A DNA stretch of 64,000 nt from Fibrobacteria bacterium (lineage in GTDB: Bacteria > Fibrobacterota > Fibrobacteria > UBA11236 > JADFYW01): NCBI GenBank assembly GCA_050294405.1, contig JBNKOC010000016.1:256001-320000 (forward strand). The letters run 5' to 3'. This document shows, one piece after another, positions 9,522-18,568 of the stretch (position 1 is its first letter; the number at the start of each line of letters is the position of its first letter). Under the pieces are notes generated by a model. It ran no database searches and was not told where the DNA came from. It saw nothing but the letters and a program-made list of their open reading frames with translations. The position numbers and the translations under genes were made by a program.

Positions 9522-10187
9522 ATGGAATTTTTTTCACAGGACTGGCCTGGGTTAAACAAGCGAATAAAAGAGTCGGAGCTTTCCCAGTTCCGAAAAAATT
9601 ATTTGCTGACCTTGGCAACTCATGGCAGGGAGTTTGAAATTTGCGGCCATTTAAAAGCTGCCAAAGCTCAGTTTGAAAAAATTGAAAAACAGCTGGAAGA
9701 AAAATCCAGAAAATTAAAAGCCAAAGTTCCCGAAGGGGAGTTTGATTTTAATAAAGTGGAAGAAAATTATTTCCGCCATAGTCTTGATGATATTATGCAT
9801 GTGTTAAAAGAAGATGGGGTGGAAATTCCCAAAGGGGAAAAACAACTTTTGCGGGAGCAGGTTCAAAAATTAGAGAGCCAAAACTTGATTCCCCAACCAA
9901 AAACCACCCATGTGGCCCACAAAAAATTTTCCACCATTCAAAGAGACAGGTTGCATTCCTTAAGGCTTACTCTCTTAAATAAAGTAACTCGCTATAAGGT
10001 ATTTTCCAAACGTCCCCACGACAAAACTTTTGTGGAAACAGCGGGCTTTCCCGATGTGGTGGGCACATACAATACCCGCTATAATATATGCGAGGCCCTG
10101 GATATGCTGCAAAAATCCGATGCCATTTTGGTGGAGGATTTGAAGGAGCATTATTCTCAGGTTGCCTCACTATCCAGCCTCTTCTAA
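9522..10187 (+). CDS. Hypothetical protein
   Basis: 221-aa ORF starting 3 nt after the previous stop codon. Confidence 0.7.
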   Translation: MEFFSQDWPGLNKRIKESELSQFRKNYLLTLATHGREFEICGHLKAAKAQFEKIEKQLEEKSRKLKAKVPEGEFDFNKVEENYFRHSLDDIMHVLKEDGVEIPKGEKQLLREQVQKLESQNLIPQPKTTHVAHKKFSTIQRDRLHSLRLTLLNKVTRYKVFSKRPHDKTFVETAGFPDVVGTYNTRYNICEALDMLQKSDAILVEDLKEHYSQVASLSSLF

Positions 10188-10313
10188 GAATTTTCTTTTT
10201 AAAGGAAGACTTCTGCGTTATCGCGGCAGCCTTGTTCCTCGACGTACATTTGTGTACGCCTGCGGACCAACCTCCCGCTCCGCCTTGAATTCTCCTCTTT
10301 AAAAAGAAAATTC
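10188..10313. repeat. Palindromic MITE/ERIC-like element
   Basis: Perfect 17-bp terminal inverted repeat GAATTTTCTTTTTAAAG / CTTTAAAAAGAAAATTC. Inner GCGTT...CGACGTAC-ATTTGT-GTACGCCT...CGCCTTG. Confidence 0.75.
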
Positions 10314-10324
10314 ACTTCGTGTGG

Positions 10325-10434
10325 TGATTTAGGCGCATAGCTTCGTTCTCGGGTTTGCGCCGACCTCAATGTACACATAGTACATTTTTGCCCTTCACAA
10401 ATCCTGCGGCCTTACTCTGCATCCCCTAAGATCA
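10325..10434. repeat. Degenerate palindromic element of the same type
   Basis: TGATTTAGG / CCTAAGATCA ends; central hairpin AATGTAC-ACATA-GTACATT; GGGTTTG / CAAATCC arm. Confidence 0.5.
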
Positions 10435-10452
10435 ATTTTTATTTTGCCAAGT

Positions 10453-10488
10453 TTCTGCGTTGTTACGGCAGCCTTGTTCCTTGATGTA
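10453..10488. repeat. Partial direct copy of 10211-10246
   Basis: 31 of 36 nt identical; all differences are transitions. Confidence 0.7.
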
Positions 10489-10577
10489 AAAGTTAGGCCT
10501 ATCAACTTTTGTCCAGGCTTTTAATTGTGCAAAATCTTTTGCATATTTAAGTTTTTGACTCGGCTTTAAAAAATACT

Positions 10578-11399
10578 ATGGCTTTTAACTGGCTTAAATT
10601 TTTATTCCTAATTGCTCTTTTTATGGGATCACCAAATCTATTCTGTGGAGAGTTAGAAGAGTTTGAAGAGAATGCCACTGGAGACTCTGAAGAAAATGAT
10701 GATGAGAATTCAGGGAGCTCTGCTGAAGAGGAATATAATGATGTTGATGATGACTCCGAAAGTTCAAGTTTTGGAGAAGCAATGGCCGAAATTTTTTTCC
10801 GCATAATTGGCCACTTTTTTGTGACGGGGGGGAAGTACAGTTTTGCCAGAATGGGTGCTTTGTCCGATTCAACCGTGTTGGATATGGATTACCCTGTAAA
10901 ACCCAGAAATGTAGGCGACTATTTATTGCCTTTTTTTCAAGCTGATTTGTCCGGCGGAGTTGTGAATAGGGATATCGCATCCATAAAGTTTTATCTGGAG
11001 TCCGGATATGGTCCTCTCGGCGCCCAGGCTTCCCATGTATTTTTATTTGAAAACAAAACTAAGGATAAACTTTTTTTAAACTCTGTTTCGGGATTATGGA
11101 GAATGTCCTTTGGAAACTATTTTGTCTTGGGTTTTGGTATGGGGGCCAGTCAATTGGTGGGAAGAAGGGAATCTCTAGGGTTAAATTTTACCTTTCCTGC
11201 GAAAATTTCTTTTCCTAATAACTGGATTATCTATTACCGGCCCATATTCAGCTTTTTTGAAAACGGCTCAGCCTCGGAATATAACTTTGGATTTGGATAT
11301 TCATTTTCCCGAACATCCATTTCTTTAGGATATCAAAGTTACATGGCCGGAAGTTCTGAGCTGCGCGGTATACAACTAGGGTATTTTATCCATTATTAA
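10578..11399 (+). CDS. Putative outer-membrane beta-barrel protein with acidic N-terminal segment
   Basis: Signal peptide, D/E-rich stretch, alternating aromatic beta-strands, aromatic C-terminal residue. Confidence 0.6.
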   Translation: MAFNWLKFLFLIALFMGSPNLFCGELEEFEENATGDSEENDDENSGSSAEEEYNDVDDDSESSSFGEAMAEIFFRIIGHFFVTGGKYSFARMGALSDSTVLDMDYPVKPRNVGDYLLPFFQADLSGGVVNRDIASIKFYLESGYGPLGAQASHVFLFENKTKDKLFLNSVSGLWRMSFGNYFVLGFGMGASQLVGRRESLGLNFTFPAKISFPNNWIIYYRPIFSFFENGSASEYNFGFGYSFSRTSISLGYQSYMAGSSELRGIQLGYFIHY

Positions 11400-11507
11400 A
11401 TTCTGTTAAAAAATTCCGGAGACTTACACTGGTTGAGATTTAAGGGAGAATAGTTCTGTTTTGCAGACCCTGTCTGATGCGGGTGCATCTATTTTTAAGA
11501 GTTTACG

Positions 11508-12020
11508 TCATACCACCCCGTATTTTTCTCTTAACATCCGAAAATGATGCCGCTCGTGCGCAATGGCGTAATAGAAAAATTCGTAAACGGAAATTTCAAA
11601 GCCGTTGGCAATCCCTTTACAGCTATATTGCGGCTCAGGAATAAGCAGGGCATGGTTTAAAAAGGAATCGGCAGAACTGAGGTACAGTTTTTTAACTATT
11701 TCAAAAGAAAGGTTTTCTCGCTCCGATTTATTTCCCCACAAGTTTTCGTCTGCCCCGGGAATATTTATAAAATCCTGTTTGGCAATGTTTAACATTCGAT
11801 ACATCAACAAAATATGGCAATCTGCCAGGTGGCCGATAACTTCCTTGACACTCCATTTGCCAGCAGCATAACATACATTTTGAAAATTATCGGCTATTTG
11901 ACGAACCCAGCGTTTTGAAAAATCGAAATGTTTTTCCAAATCTTTGCGAGGGCTTATTTCAACCACTCTATCTGGCTTTAATATTTGATAATATTCTGTC
12001 TCCGCGTATTTTACTATCAA
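11508..12020 (-). CDS. DinB/YfiT-family protein
   Basis: YAAGKWSVKEVIGHLAD and AHERHH metal-binding histidines. Confidence 0.85.
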   Translation of the reverse strand: MIVKYAETEYYQILKPDRVVEISPRKDLEKHFDFSKRWVRQIADNFQNVCYAAGKWSVKEVIGHLADCHILLMYRMLNIAKQDFINIPGADENLWGNKSERENLSFEIVKKLYLSSADSFLNHALLIPEPQYSCKGIANGFEISVYEFFYYAIAHERHHFRMLREKYGVV

Positions 12021-12430
12021 TTTTTCTCCACATAATTTTTAAAATTATTAAGAATAGCCTGCCAGCCTTGTTTCTGCATTTCGGGACTGTTTTCCTCTTC
12101 GGCATCAAATTCCGTTGTTACTATTGTGCTGCCATTGCTGCCTTCAAAAAGAGTGGTAACTTTTCTTCCATCTCCCAAGCTGTAGGAAATTTTTTCATTC
12201 TCAACGACTTCACTATATATGGCTTCAAAATCAAAGCCAAAACTCCCGTCTTTTGCCTCCATTCGAGATTTTAACTTCCCACCCACTTTTAAATCATTTT
12301 CTGCTTTGGGGCAATGCCAGTCAGGAGCGGCAAAATTCCATTGGGTAATATGCTGGGGGGAATTCATATATTCCCAAACTTTTTGGACAGGAGCATTTAC
12401 CTGGGCTTCAATCTTAATTTGAACTGTCAT
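12017..12430 (-). CDS. SRPBCC/AHSA1-family protein
   Basis: VNAPVQKVW, WNFAAPDWHCP, QKQGWQAILNNFK. Confidence 0.9.
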   Translation of the reverse strand: MTVQIKIEAQVNAPVQKVWEYMNSPQHITQWNFAAPDWHCPKAENDLKVGGKLKSRMEAKDGSFGFDFEAIYSEVVENEKISYSLGDGRKVTTLFEGSNGSTIVTTEFDAEEENSPEMQKQGWQAILNNFKNYVEKN

Positions 12431-12525
12431 ATTAAATTTCCTTTTTATTATTGATCTGTTTTTTTTCCCACATGTTACCTAAAGAAAGGTAAACATAGTA
12501 GCCACATCTGATATCCGGACAACCA

Positions 12526-13014
12526 TTAAACGGTAGTTGATGCTGCAAAAAGCTCGTCCAGATTCCCAAGGGCCATTGTGAACCCTTCTTTAAAGCCCAT
12601 TCCTATTATTTTTTCCAGATCTTCGAGTTTTTCATATTGTATTTCAATGGTGACAACAGTTTTGGAGCCTTGTTCTTCAAAATTCACGTTCCACTTTTGA
12701 CGGGGAAAATCCATGTTTATATTACCCTCGGCATTGCAAAAAGCATCTAGCCCGGAAAAACTTTTTTGAGGAATAACTTCAGAATAATCCGCCCGGCAAT
12801 AATGAGCATCGCCCTCGGGACTCAGCATTTTATAGCTCCAATACCCACCTGTGGAGAAGTCAATACCCAATGTTACTGTCTGATAGGGTTTTGGCGCCCA
12901 CCATTTATCAAGAATTTCCTTTTGGGTCCAGGCATCCCATACCTGCGATAAAGGCGCGGCGAATTCCCTTACCACCTGCACCTTGCAATTTTTTTTGTCC
13001 ACATTGAATTCCAT
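12526..13014 (-). CDS. SRPBCC/AHSA1-family protein
   Basis: REFAAPLSQVWDAWT, LDKWWAPKP, MGFKEGFTMALGNLDE. Confidence 0.9.
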   Translation of the reverse strand: MEFNVDKKNCKVQVVREFAAPLSQVWDAWTQKEILDKWWAPKPYQTVTLGIDFSTGGYWSYKMLSPEGDAHYCRADYSEVIPQKSFSGLDAFCNAEGNINMDFPRQKWNVNFEEQGSKTVVTIEIQYEKLEDLEKIIGMGFKEGFTMALGNLDELFAASTTV

Positions 13015-13017
13015 AAT

Positions 13018-13347
13018 TTAAACACTCCGGTTTCTTTTGAGATTGTTTTCAGCCAATAATTTGTCCAACTGGTTAAAGCGGCTGTTCCATACCGACTTAA
13101 ATTGCTTTAGCCATGTATCCACTTCTTTTAGTTTCTCGCCCTGAATTTGATAATGTATTTGCCTGCCAATGGGGTGGGGTTCCACTAACTCGCAATCTGC
13201 CAGATATTTTATGTGTTTAGAGACGGCTTGACGGCTGATTTTAAAATTTCCAGCAACATCCTTCGGCGTAAGAGGCCCCAATACAAGCAATACCAATATT
13301 TCTCTTCGGGTAGGGTCCGCCAGAGCTTCAAATACATCTCGTTTCAA
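13018..13347 (-). CDS. ArsR/SmtB-family regulator; probable TTG start at 13347 rather than 13458
   Basis: RDVFEALADPTRREIL and ISRQAVSKHIKYL HTH. GAGGA RBS precedes TTG-AAA-CGA-GAT. Confidence 0.85.
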   Translation of the reverse strand: MKRDVFEALADPTRREILVLLVLGPLTPKDVAGNFKISRQAVSKHIKYLADCELVEPHPIGRQIHYQIQGEKLKEVDTWLKQFKSVWNSRFNQLDKLLAENNLKRNRSV

Positions 13348-13412
13348 ATGATTCTGTTTCCTCAATTTAAGGGTTAATTCCTCTGGTCTTTCATCCATTC
13401 CTGAGAAAAAAT

Positions 13413-13428
13413 GCAACCATTTGGTTGC
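13413..13428. promoter_or_regulatory. Palindromic operator, likely bound by the ArsR regulator
   Basis: GCAACCA-TT-TGGTTGC is a perfect inverted repeat directly downstream (minus strand) of a TATATT -10-like hexamer. Confidence 0.65.
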
Positions 13429-13481
13429 GAATATAAATACAAGATAAAACCCTGGCAACAGGGGTGATCTGGAAGGGGGGG

Positions 13482-14240
13482 TTATTTTCCTTTGCCGGTG
13501 GCCACGGTCAGTCCCGTAAAAATGCCGGAAACGCCGTCAAATTGGGAGCCAATATCCAGGCCATTTTCCTTAATAACGTATTCTCGGATTTCCTTTTCGT
13601 GGTTGCTTCCGCGCATTTTTAAAATCATAAGCCCTCTTTTAATTTCGGACTTCATTTCTAAATAGCGCATAATAACATAGCAGTCCACAATAAAAGGGAT
13701 TTTGTTGGCGCTGATATCCCAGCCGCCCAAAATGTTTCGATTTTCTTTTAAAAGAAGAGTGGTCAATTCTTCCCGTTTGAAAAAGTTTACCACATCTGTT
13801 TCCAGCTTGCGCAAATCTCCAATGTCGCCAGCCAGTTTTTCCAGATTTGTGACACTATCCAACAAAGCCCTTTTGATTCCTTTGTCTTCGATAATTTGCA
13901 CTAGCGGGCTTTCGTCTTCGTTAACCATGTCCGCAAATTCAGAGGGAGTGGTGAAAATGACTTCCAACAAGCCTTCGTTTTCCATAGCCCGTAGATCCCA
14001 GCCTAACTCTAAAGCGCAGTCGTAATATTGTTCGGGAAATTCTTCAAAAGTAACAATAAGCCCGGCCTCTCCCTTTTTCATGCCTTCCATTAAAAACTGG
14101 CAACCCAGGGTGGTTTTTCCCGTTCCGGCAGCGCCCTCCACTAAAACTGCGGAACCAGGCAGAAAGCCGCCATTTAACATCTTGTCAAATTCGCTGCTTC
14201 CTGTTTTTATGCGTGTTTCTGTGGCTGCGTTGCTAGACAT
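13482..14240 (-). CDS. Single-domain KaiC/RAD55-like RecA-fold ATPase
   Basis: TGSSEFDKMLNGG, Walker A GAAGTGKT, VTFEE, LLDSV, ILKMRGSNH. Confidence 0.9.
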   Translation of the reverse strand: MSSNAATETRIKTGSSEFDKMLNGGFLPGSAVLVEGAAGTGKTTLGCQFLMEGMKKGEAGLIVTFEEFPEQYYDCALELGWDLRAMENEGLLEVIFTTPSEFADMVNEDESPLVQIIEDKGIKRALLDSVTNLEKLAGDIGDLRKLETDVVNFFKREELTTLLLKENRNILGGWDISANKIPFIVDCYVIMRYLEMKSEIKRGLMILKMRGSNHEKEIREYVIKENGLDIGSQFDGVSGIFTGLTVATGKGK

Positions 14241-14265
14241 GAGACTCCTCTTCGTTTATAAAGCA

Positions 14266-15231
14266 TTATAACAAACGGGCAAACTGCAATTCAATTTCAT
14301 ATTCCTGATTATAAACACCCTGCTTTAAGTCTGCCTCCATTTGAGACAAATAAGCCAAAGATCTTTTTAATCTGGAAATGGATCGGTTTTTTGCCTGTTC
14401 CATAAATTTTTCTTTTTTAAATATAAAATCATTGATGCGTAACTCTTCAGGAATTTTTTGCAGCATCACCCCGCGGTCCAGCCGTTCCCGAATTTTTAAC
14501 AGACGCAAAAAATGATTAAACAACTGGATGCAAATCATTATAGGGGCTTCTCCCTGTTCCAACATCCTGGTAATGCCGGTTAGAGCGGGGCCTTTCAGGC
14601 CCAATCCAAAGTTTTTTTGGATTTCAAAAATGTGCGCATCCCTATGAGATAGAGTGAGTTCATGGATTTTATCCGAACTAATGGGTTCGTTTTTGGGAAT
14701 GTAATTGTCCAGCTTTTCCAGTTCCAAATCTATTTCCTGGGTGTTGTCTCCAATGTATTCCCAAAGCATATATGCATCGTTCATGGAAAGCTTGCGCTGG
14801 TATTTTTCTCTGGCTCGTTGCACTATCCAGGCTGGAATTTTATTGGAATAGGGAAGTTTAAATTCCTGCACCAACCCTTTTTCCTTAAAAAACTTTCGAA
14901 GAGCCGAACGGGCATCCCATTTTTCGGCGGCTACAAAAACGGCGGTGCTTTCGTTGGGAATTTCAAAAATGGGCAAAAGCTTTTTTTGCGTGTTGATATC
15001 CACATTTTCAAAATCCCGAAGCACCAGGGCTTTTTTGCTGGCAAACATGGACACGGTTTGAAAGGCTGATTCTATCTTTTCCTGGGAAATATCCGAGCCG
15101 AAATACACATCTTTGCACATGGGATCGGAGGCATCCTCTCCCAACCAGGAGTTGATGGTGCTCTCCAGTTTATCCCGGATTAAAAGTTTATCGTTGCCTA
15201 TAAAAGCAAAAAAGGGAAGGGACTGGCTCAA
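14266..15231 (-). CDS. holA: DNA polymerase III delta subunit
   Basis: TVSMFASKK, IPAWI, ELEKL, C-terminal MEADLKQG; 321 aa. Confidence 0.85.
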   Translation of the reverse strand: MSQSLPFFAFIGNDKLLIRDKLESTINSWLGEDASDPMCKDVYFGSDISQEKIESAFQTVSMFASKKALVLRDFENVDINTQKKLLPIFEIPNESTAVFVAAEKWDARSALRKFFKEKGLVQEFKLPYSNKIPAWIVQRAREKYQRKLSMNDAYMLWEYIGDNTQEIDLELEKLDNYIPKNEPISSDKIHELTLSHRDAHIFEIQKNFGLGLKGPALTGITRMLEQGEAPIMICIQLFNHFLRLLKIRERLDRGVMLQKIPEELRINDFIFKKEKFMEQAKNRSISRLKRSLAYLSQMEADLKQGVYNQEYEIELQFARLL

Positions 15232-15239
15232 GGGGTTCC

Positions 15240-15725
15240 CTACTCAAAGCTGAGAACTTCCAGTTCCAGTTTTCCTTTAGGTGTGTTGATGTCCACTTTG
15301 TCCCCGGGGCGTTTGCCCAAAAGGCCCTTGCCAATGGGGGACTGAGCGCTGATTTTTCCTTCTAAAATATCAACGCCATCGGGGCTTACCAATGTGTAGG
15401 TTTGCTTTTTCTTAGATTGCAAATTTAAAACCTGTACAGTGGCGCCGAAAATAATGTGATCGCTATCGGCGGCAGAAACCGTGATAATTTCAGCCCGAGC
15501 CAACTTGTCTTCCAAAATGGCGATTTGAGCTTCGATTTCACCCTGCTTTTCTTTGGCAGCGTGGTATTCGGCATTTTCACTCAGGTCACCCTGTGCTCTG
15601 GCCTCTGCAATTTCTGCAATAATATTTGGCCTATGCACTTTTTTATAGTCATCAAGCTGGGCTTTTAATTTGTCGTAAGTTTCTTGAGACATCGGAATAT
15701 TTCCATTTGACATGAAAGGCTCCAA
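15240..15725 (-). CDS. greA: Transcription elongation factor GreA
   Basis: ARAQGDLSENAEYHAAKE and ISAQSPIGKGLLGK. Confidence 0.97.
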   Translation of the reverse strand: MEPFMSNGNIPMSQETYDKLKAQLDDYKKVHRPNIIAEIAEARAQGDLSENAEYHAAKEKQGEIEAQIAILEDKLARAEIITVSAADSDHIIFGATVQVLNLQSKKKQTYTLVSPDGVDILEGKISAQSPIGKGLLGKRPGDKVDINTPKGKLELEVLSFE

Positions 15726-16097
15726 TGGTTGTAAGGTTTAAGATTTCGGTTTGGGTTCTACGATTGCAGTGGCTTTAAAAAGCTTTGACAGTCATAATTG
15801 GCAGATACAGCTGAGAAATAGCAATTCAACTCAAAATTATTTTCCATAAAAAACCTATGTATTTGATTTTTAGTCCGACGGGAAAATCTATTTCTCTGCG
15901 ATTTTGCCGTTAAAAATTAAAATTTCTAATAATTGTTTTTAACTAATCCTCTCGTAGGACCTCTTTATTTATAATATAGACTTTTTTCACATAAATCCAT
16001 AGGCTTTTTGGGAGGCCTTTGAAATAAAGGGCTTTAGCCCTTTTGGAGCTTGTTTTTTAGGTGGAAATCCCTGAAAATTCGATTAAATTTTGCGCCT

Positions 16098-17288
16098 ATG
16101 GAAGAAACAATTCTTTTGCCCGCGGGTTTTTGGCTAACGGGCCTCCACTGCGGTATCAAAAGCTCTGCAAACCACGACTTGGGGCTTATCCACTCCGAAC
16201 CTCCGGCTACTGCTTTTGGCTTTTTTACTAAAAACGATGTGAAAGCGGCACCCGTTATCTATTGCGAAAAAAGCCTGTCCCAAAATAACCAGGTAAGCCA
16301 GGTTTTAGTCAATAGCGGCAATGCCAATGCCTGCACCGGAAAACTTGGTATGGATAATTTGCTGGAAACTGTTTCGATGTTAAAAGAAAAGTTCCAGAGC
16401 AAGGCTGAAGTTTTAATGTGCAGCACAGGTGTTATTGGCGAGCAGCTTCCCATGGGTAAGTTAAAGGCGGGTATAGAAAAATTGTCCTTACCAGACGGGC
16501 CTAATAATCCCAATGGTTTCGCGGCTTCCATTATGACCACCGATACAGTCCCCAAGATATCTTCCCGTGAGATATTTATTGAAGGCCAAAAAATTAGCTT
16601 TACCGCCTTTTGCAAAGGCGCGGGCATGATTCAGCCTAATATGGCGACGATGTTGGCCTATGTTATTTGCGATTTAAAGTTTGCCAGCAACATGAAAGAA
16701 GCCCTAAGGGAAGTGGTGGACAAAAGTTTTAACTCCATTACTGTGGACGGGGATATGAGCACTAACGATACTGTGCTGTTTTTGGGAAATGGAGCCTCGG
16801 GCCTTGACTTTGATAAGCTCTCAGAGGAAGATAAAAAGCTGGTGCTAGATACATTAGCCGACATATGTATAGAACAGGCCAAAAAAATTGTGGCCGATGG
16901 GGAAGGGGCCACCAAGGTTGTGCAAATAGATATTAACGGGGCTCCCAATGCAGAAGTGGGCAAAAAGCTAGCCCGGCAAGTGGCCAATTCTCCTTTGGTT
17001 AAAACAGCTATTTTTGGACGGGACCCAAACTGGGGACGAATATTGGCCTCTTTGGGTAGCGTGTCCGCAGGACTCCACCCAGATAGCATCAATATAAGCC
17101 TATGTGCTGTTCCGGTTTTTACAAACGGGGGCCCGGCAGATTTCGACGAGGCGGATTTAGTCCACAAAATGGGAGAAAAGGATATATTATTATCTGTAGA
17201 GCTTGGCCTGGGAGACGCTTCCTGGACCTATTGGACCTGTGACCTCACTTACGATTACATCAAAATTAACGCAGATTACCACACTTGA
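16098..17288 (+). CDS. argJ: Bifunctional ornithine acetyltransferase / N-acetylglutamate synthase; ATG at 16098 preferred
   Basis: NSGNANACTG, IMTTDT, KGAGMIQPNMATML, STND, DPNWGR, YIKINADY. Confidence 0.97.
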   Translation: MEETILLPAGFWLTGLHCGIKSSANHDLGLIHSEPPATAFGFFTKNDVKAAPVIYCEKSLSQNNQVSQVLVNSGNANACTGKLGMDNLLETVSMLKEKFQSKAEVLMCSTGVIGEQLPMGKLKAGIEKLSLPDGPNNPNGFAASIMTTDTVPKISSREIFIEGQKISFTAFCKGAGMIQPNMATMLAYVICDLKFASNMKEALREVVDKSFNSITVDGDMSTNDTVLFLGNGASGLDFDKLSEEDKKLVLDTLADICIEQAKKIVADGEGATKVVQIDINGAPNAEVGKKLARQVANSPLVKTAIFGRDPNWGRILASLGSVSAGLHPDSINISLCAVPVFTNGGPADFDEADLVHKMGEKDILLSVELGLGDASWTYWTCDLTYDYIKINADYHT

Positions 17289-17302
17289 CCTAAAGGAAGA
17301 AA

Positions 17303-18559
17303 ATGAACGAATTAAAATCCACCGATAAAGAAATTTTTGAAGCTATCCAACGGGAATCCACCCGTCAGGAACAAGGGCTGGAATTGATTGCTTCGGAAAA
17401 TTACACCAGCAAGGCAGTGATGGAAGCGATGGGTACCGTTCTCACCAATAAATATTCGGAAGGATACATTGGCAAAAGGTATTACGCTGGAAACGAAATT
17501 ATAGACGAGGTGGAAGCCCTTGCTATCAATCGTGCCAAAGAATTATTCGGCGCGGAACATGTTAATATCCAACCTCTTTCAGGAAGCCCGGCCAATTCTG
17601 CGGTTTATTTTGCTACTGTAAAACCAGGCGATAAAGTGATGGGTTTAAAATTGGATCACGGGGGACATCTTTCACATGGGCATCCGGTAAACTTTTCGGG
17701 AATGTTATACGACTTTGTGCAATACGGCGTGGAAGAAGATACGGGCTTAATTGATATGGACAAAGTCCGCGAAATCGCCCTTAAGGAAAGACCGAAATTA
17801 TTGATTGCCGGATTTTCAGCCTATTCCAGAAACATCGACTGGCAGGCTTTTAAATCTATTGCCGATGAAATCGGGGCCATAACATTTGGCGATATAGCTC
17901 ATATTGCAGGCCTTATAGCGGGTAAAGCGTTGGAGAATCCCGTTCCTATTTTTGATATTGTGACAACCACCACACATAAAACCTTGCGAGGTCCACGGGG
18001 AGCCATTATTATGTGTAAGGAGCCCTTCCAAAAAGCCATAGACAGAAGCGTTTTTCCAGGCCTTCAGGGCGGCCCTCACGATCACATTAATGCGGCTAAG
18101 GCTGTGTGTTTTAAAGAAGCTCTTTCCCCTGAATTCCAAAGCTATGCAAAAAATACCATCGTTAATGCCCAGGCTTTGGCCAAAGGGCTTATGGACAGAG
18201 GCTATAAAATCTGCACCGATGGAACAGACAACCATTTAATGGTAGTGGATTTGCGCTCTAAAGACTTAACCGGAAAAATTGCGGAAAAGGCTTTGGATGA
18301 AGTGGGTATTTCCTGCAGCCGTAGTACTATTCCCGGAGATACGAGAAAAGCCATGGATCCCTCAGGCATTCGTCTGGGAACTCCGGCCATTACCACCAGG
18401 GGCCTATCTGTTTCTGATATGGATTGGGTGGCTGGCGTTATTGACGACGCCATTATGAGCCACGACAACGAAGCTAAACTTAAATCTGTTAAAGCCAGCG
18501 TATTGGAAATGTGCGAAAAGTTTCCCTTGTATGCGGGGGAATCCGTTCAGGCTTCCTGA
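17303..18559 (+). CDS. glyA: Serine hydroxymethyltransferase
   Basis: LIASENY, GGHLSHG, TTTHKTLRGPRG, SGIRLGTPA. Confidence 0.98.
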   Translation: MNELKSTDKEIFEAIQRESTRQEQGLELIASENYTSKAVMEAMGTVLTNKYSEGYIGKRYYAGNEIIDEVEALAINRAKELFGAEHVNIQPLSGSPANSAVYFATVKPGDKVMGLKLDHGGHLSHGHPVNFSGMLYDFVQYGVEEDTGLIDMDKVREIALKERPKLLIAGFSAYSRNIDWQAFKSIADEIGAITFGDIAHIAGLIAGKALENPVPIFDIVTTTTHKTLRGPRGAIIMCKEPFQKAIDRSVFPGLQGGPHDHINAAKAVCFKEALSPEFQSYAKNTIVNAQALAKGLMDRGYKICTDGTDNHLMVVDLRSKDLTGKIAEKALDEVGISCSRSTIPGDTRKAMDPSGIRLGTPAITTRGLSVSDMDWVAGVIDDAIMSHDNEAKLKSVKASVLEMCEKFPLYAGESVQAS

Positions 18560-18568
18560 TAAATTAAA

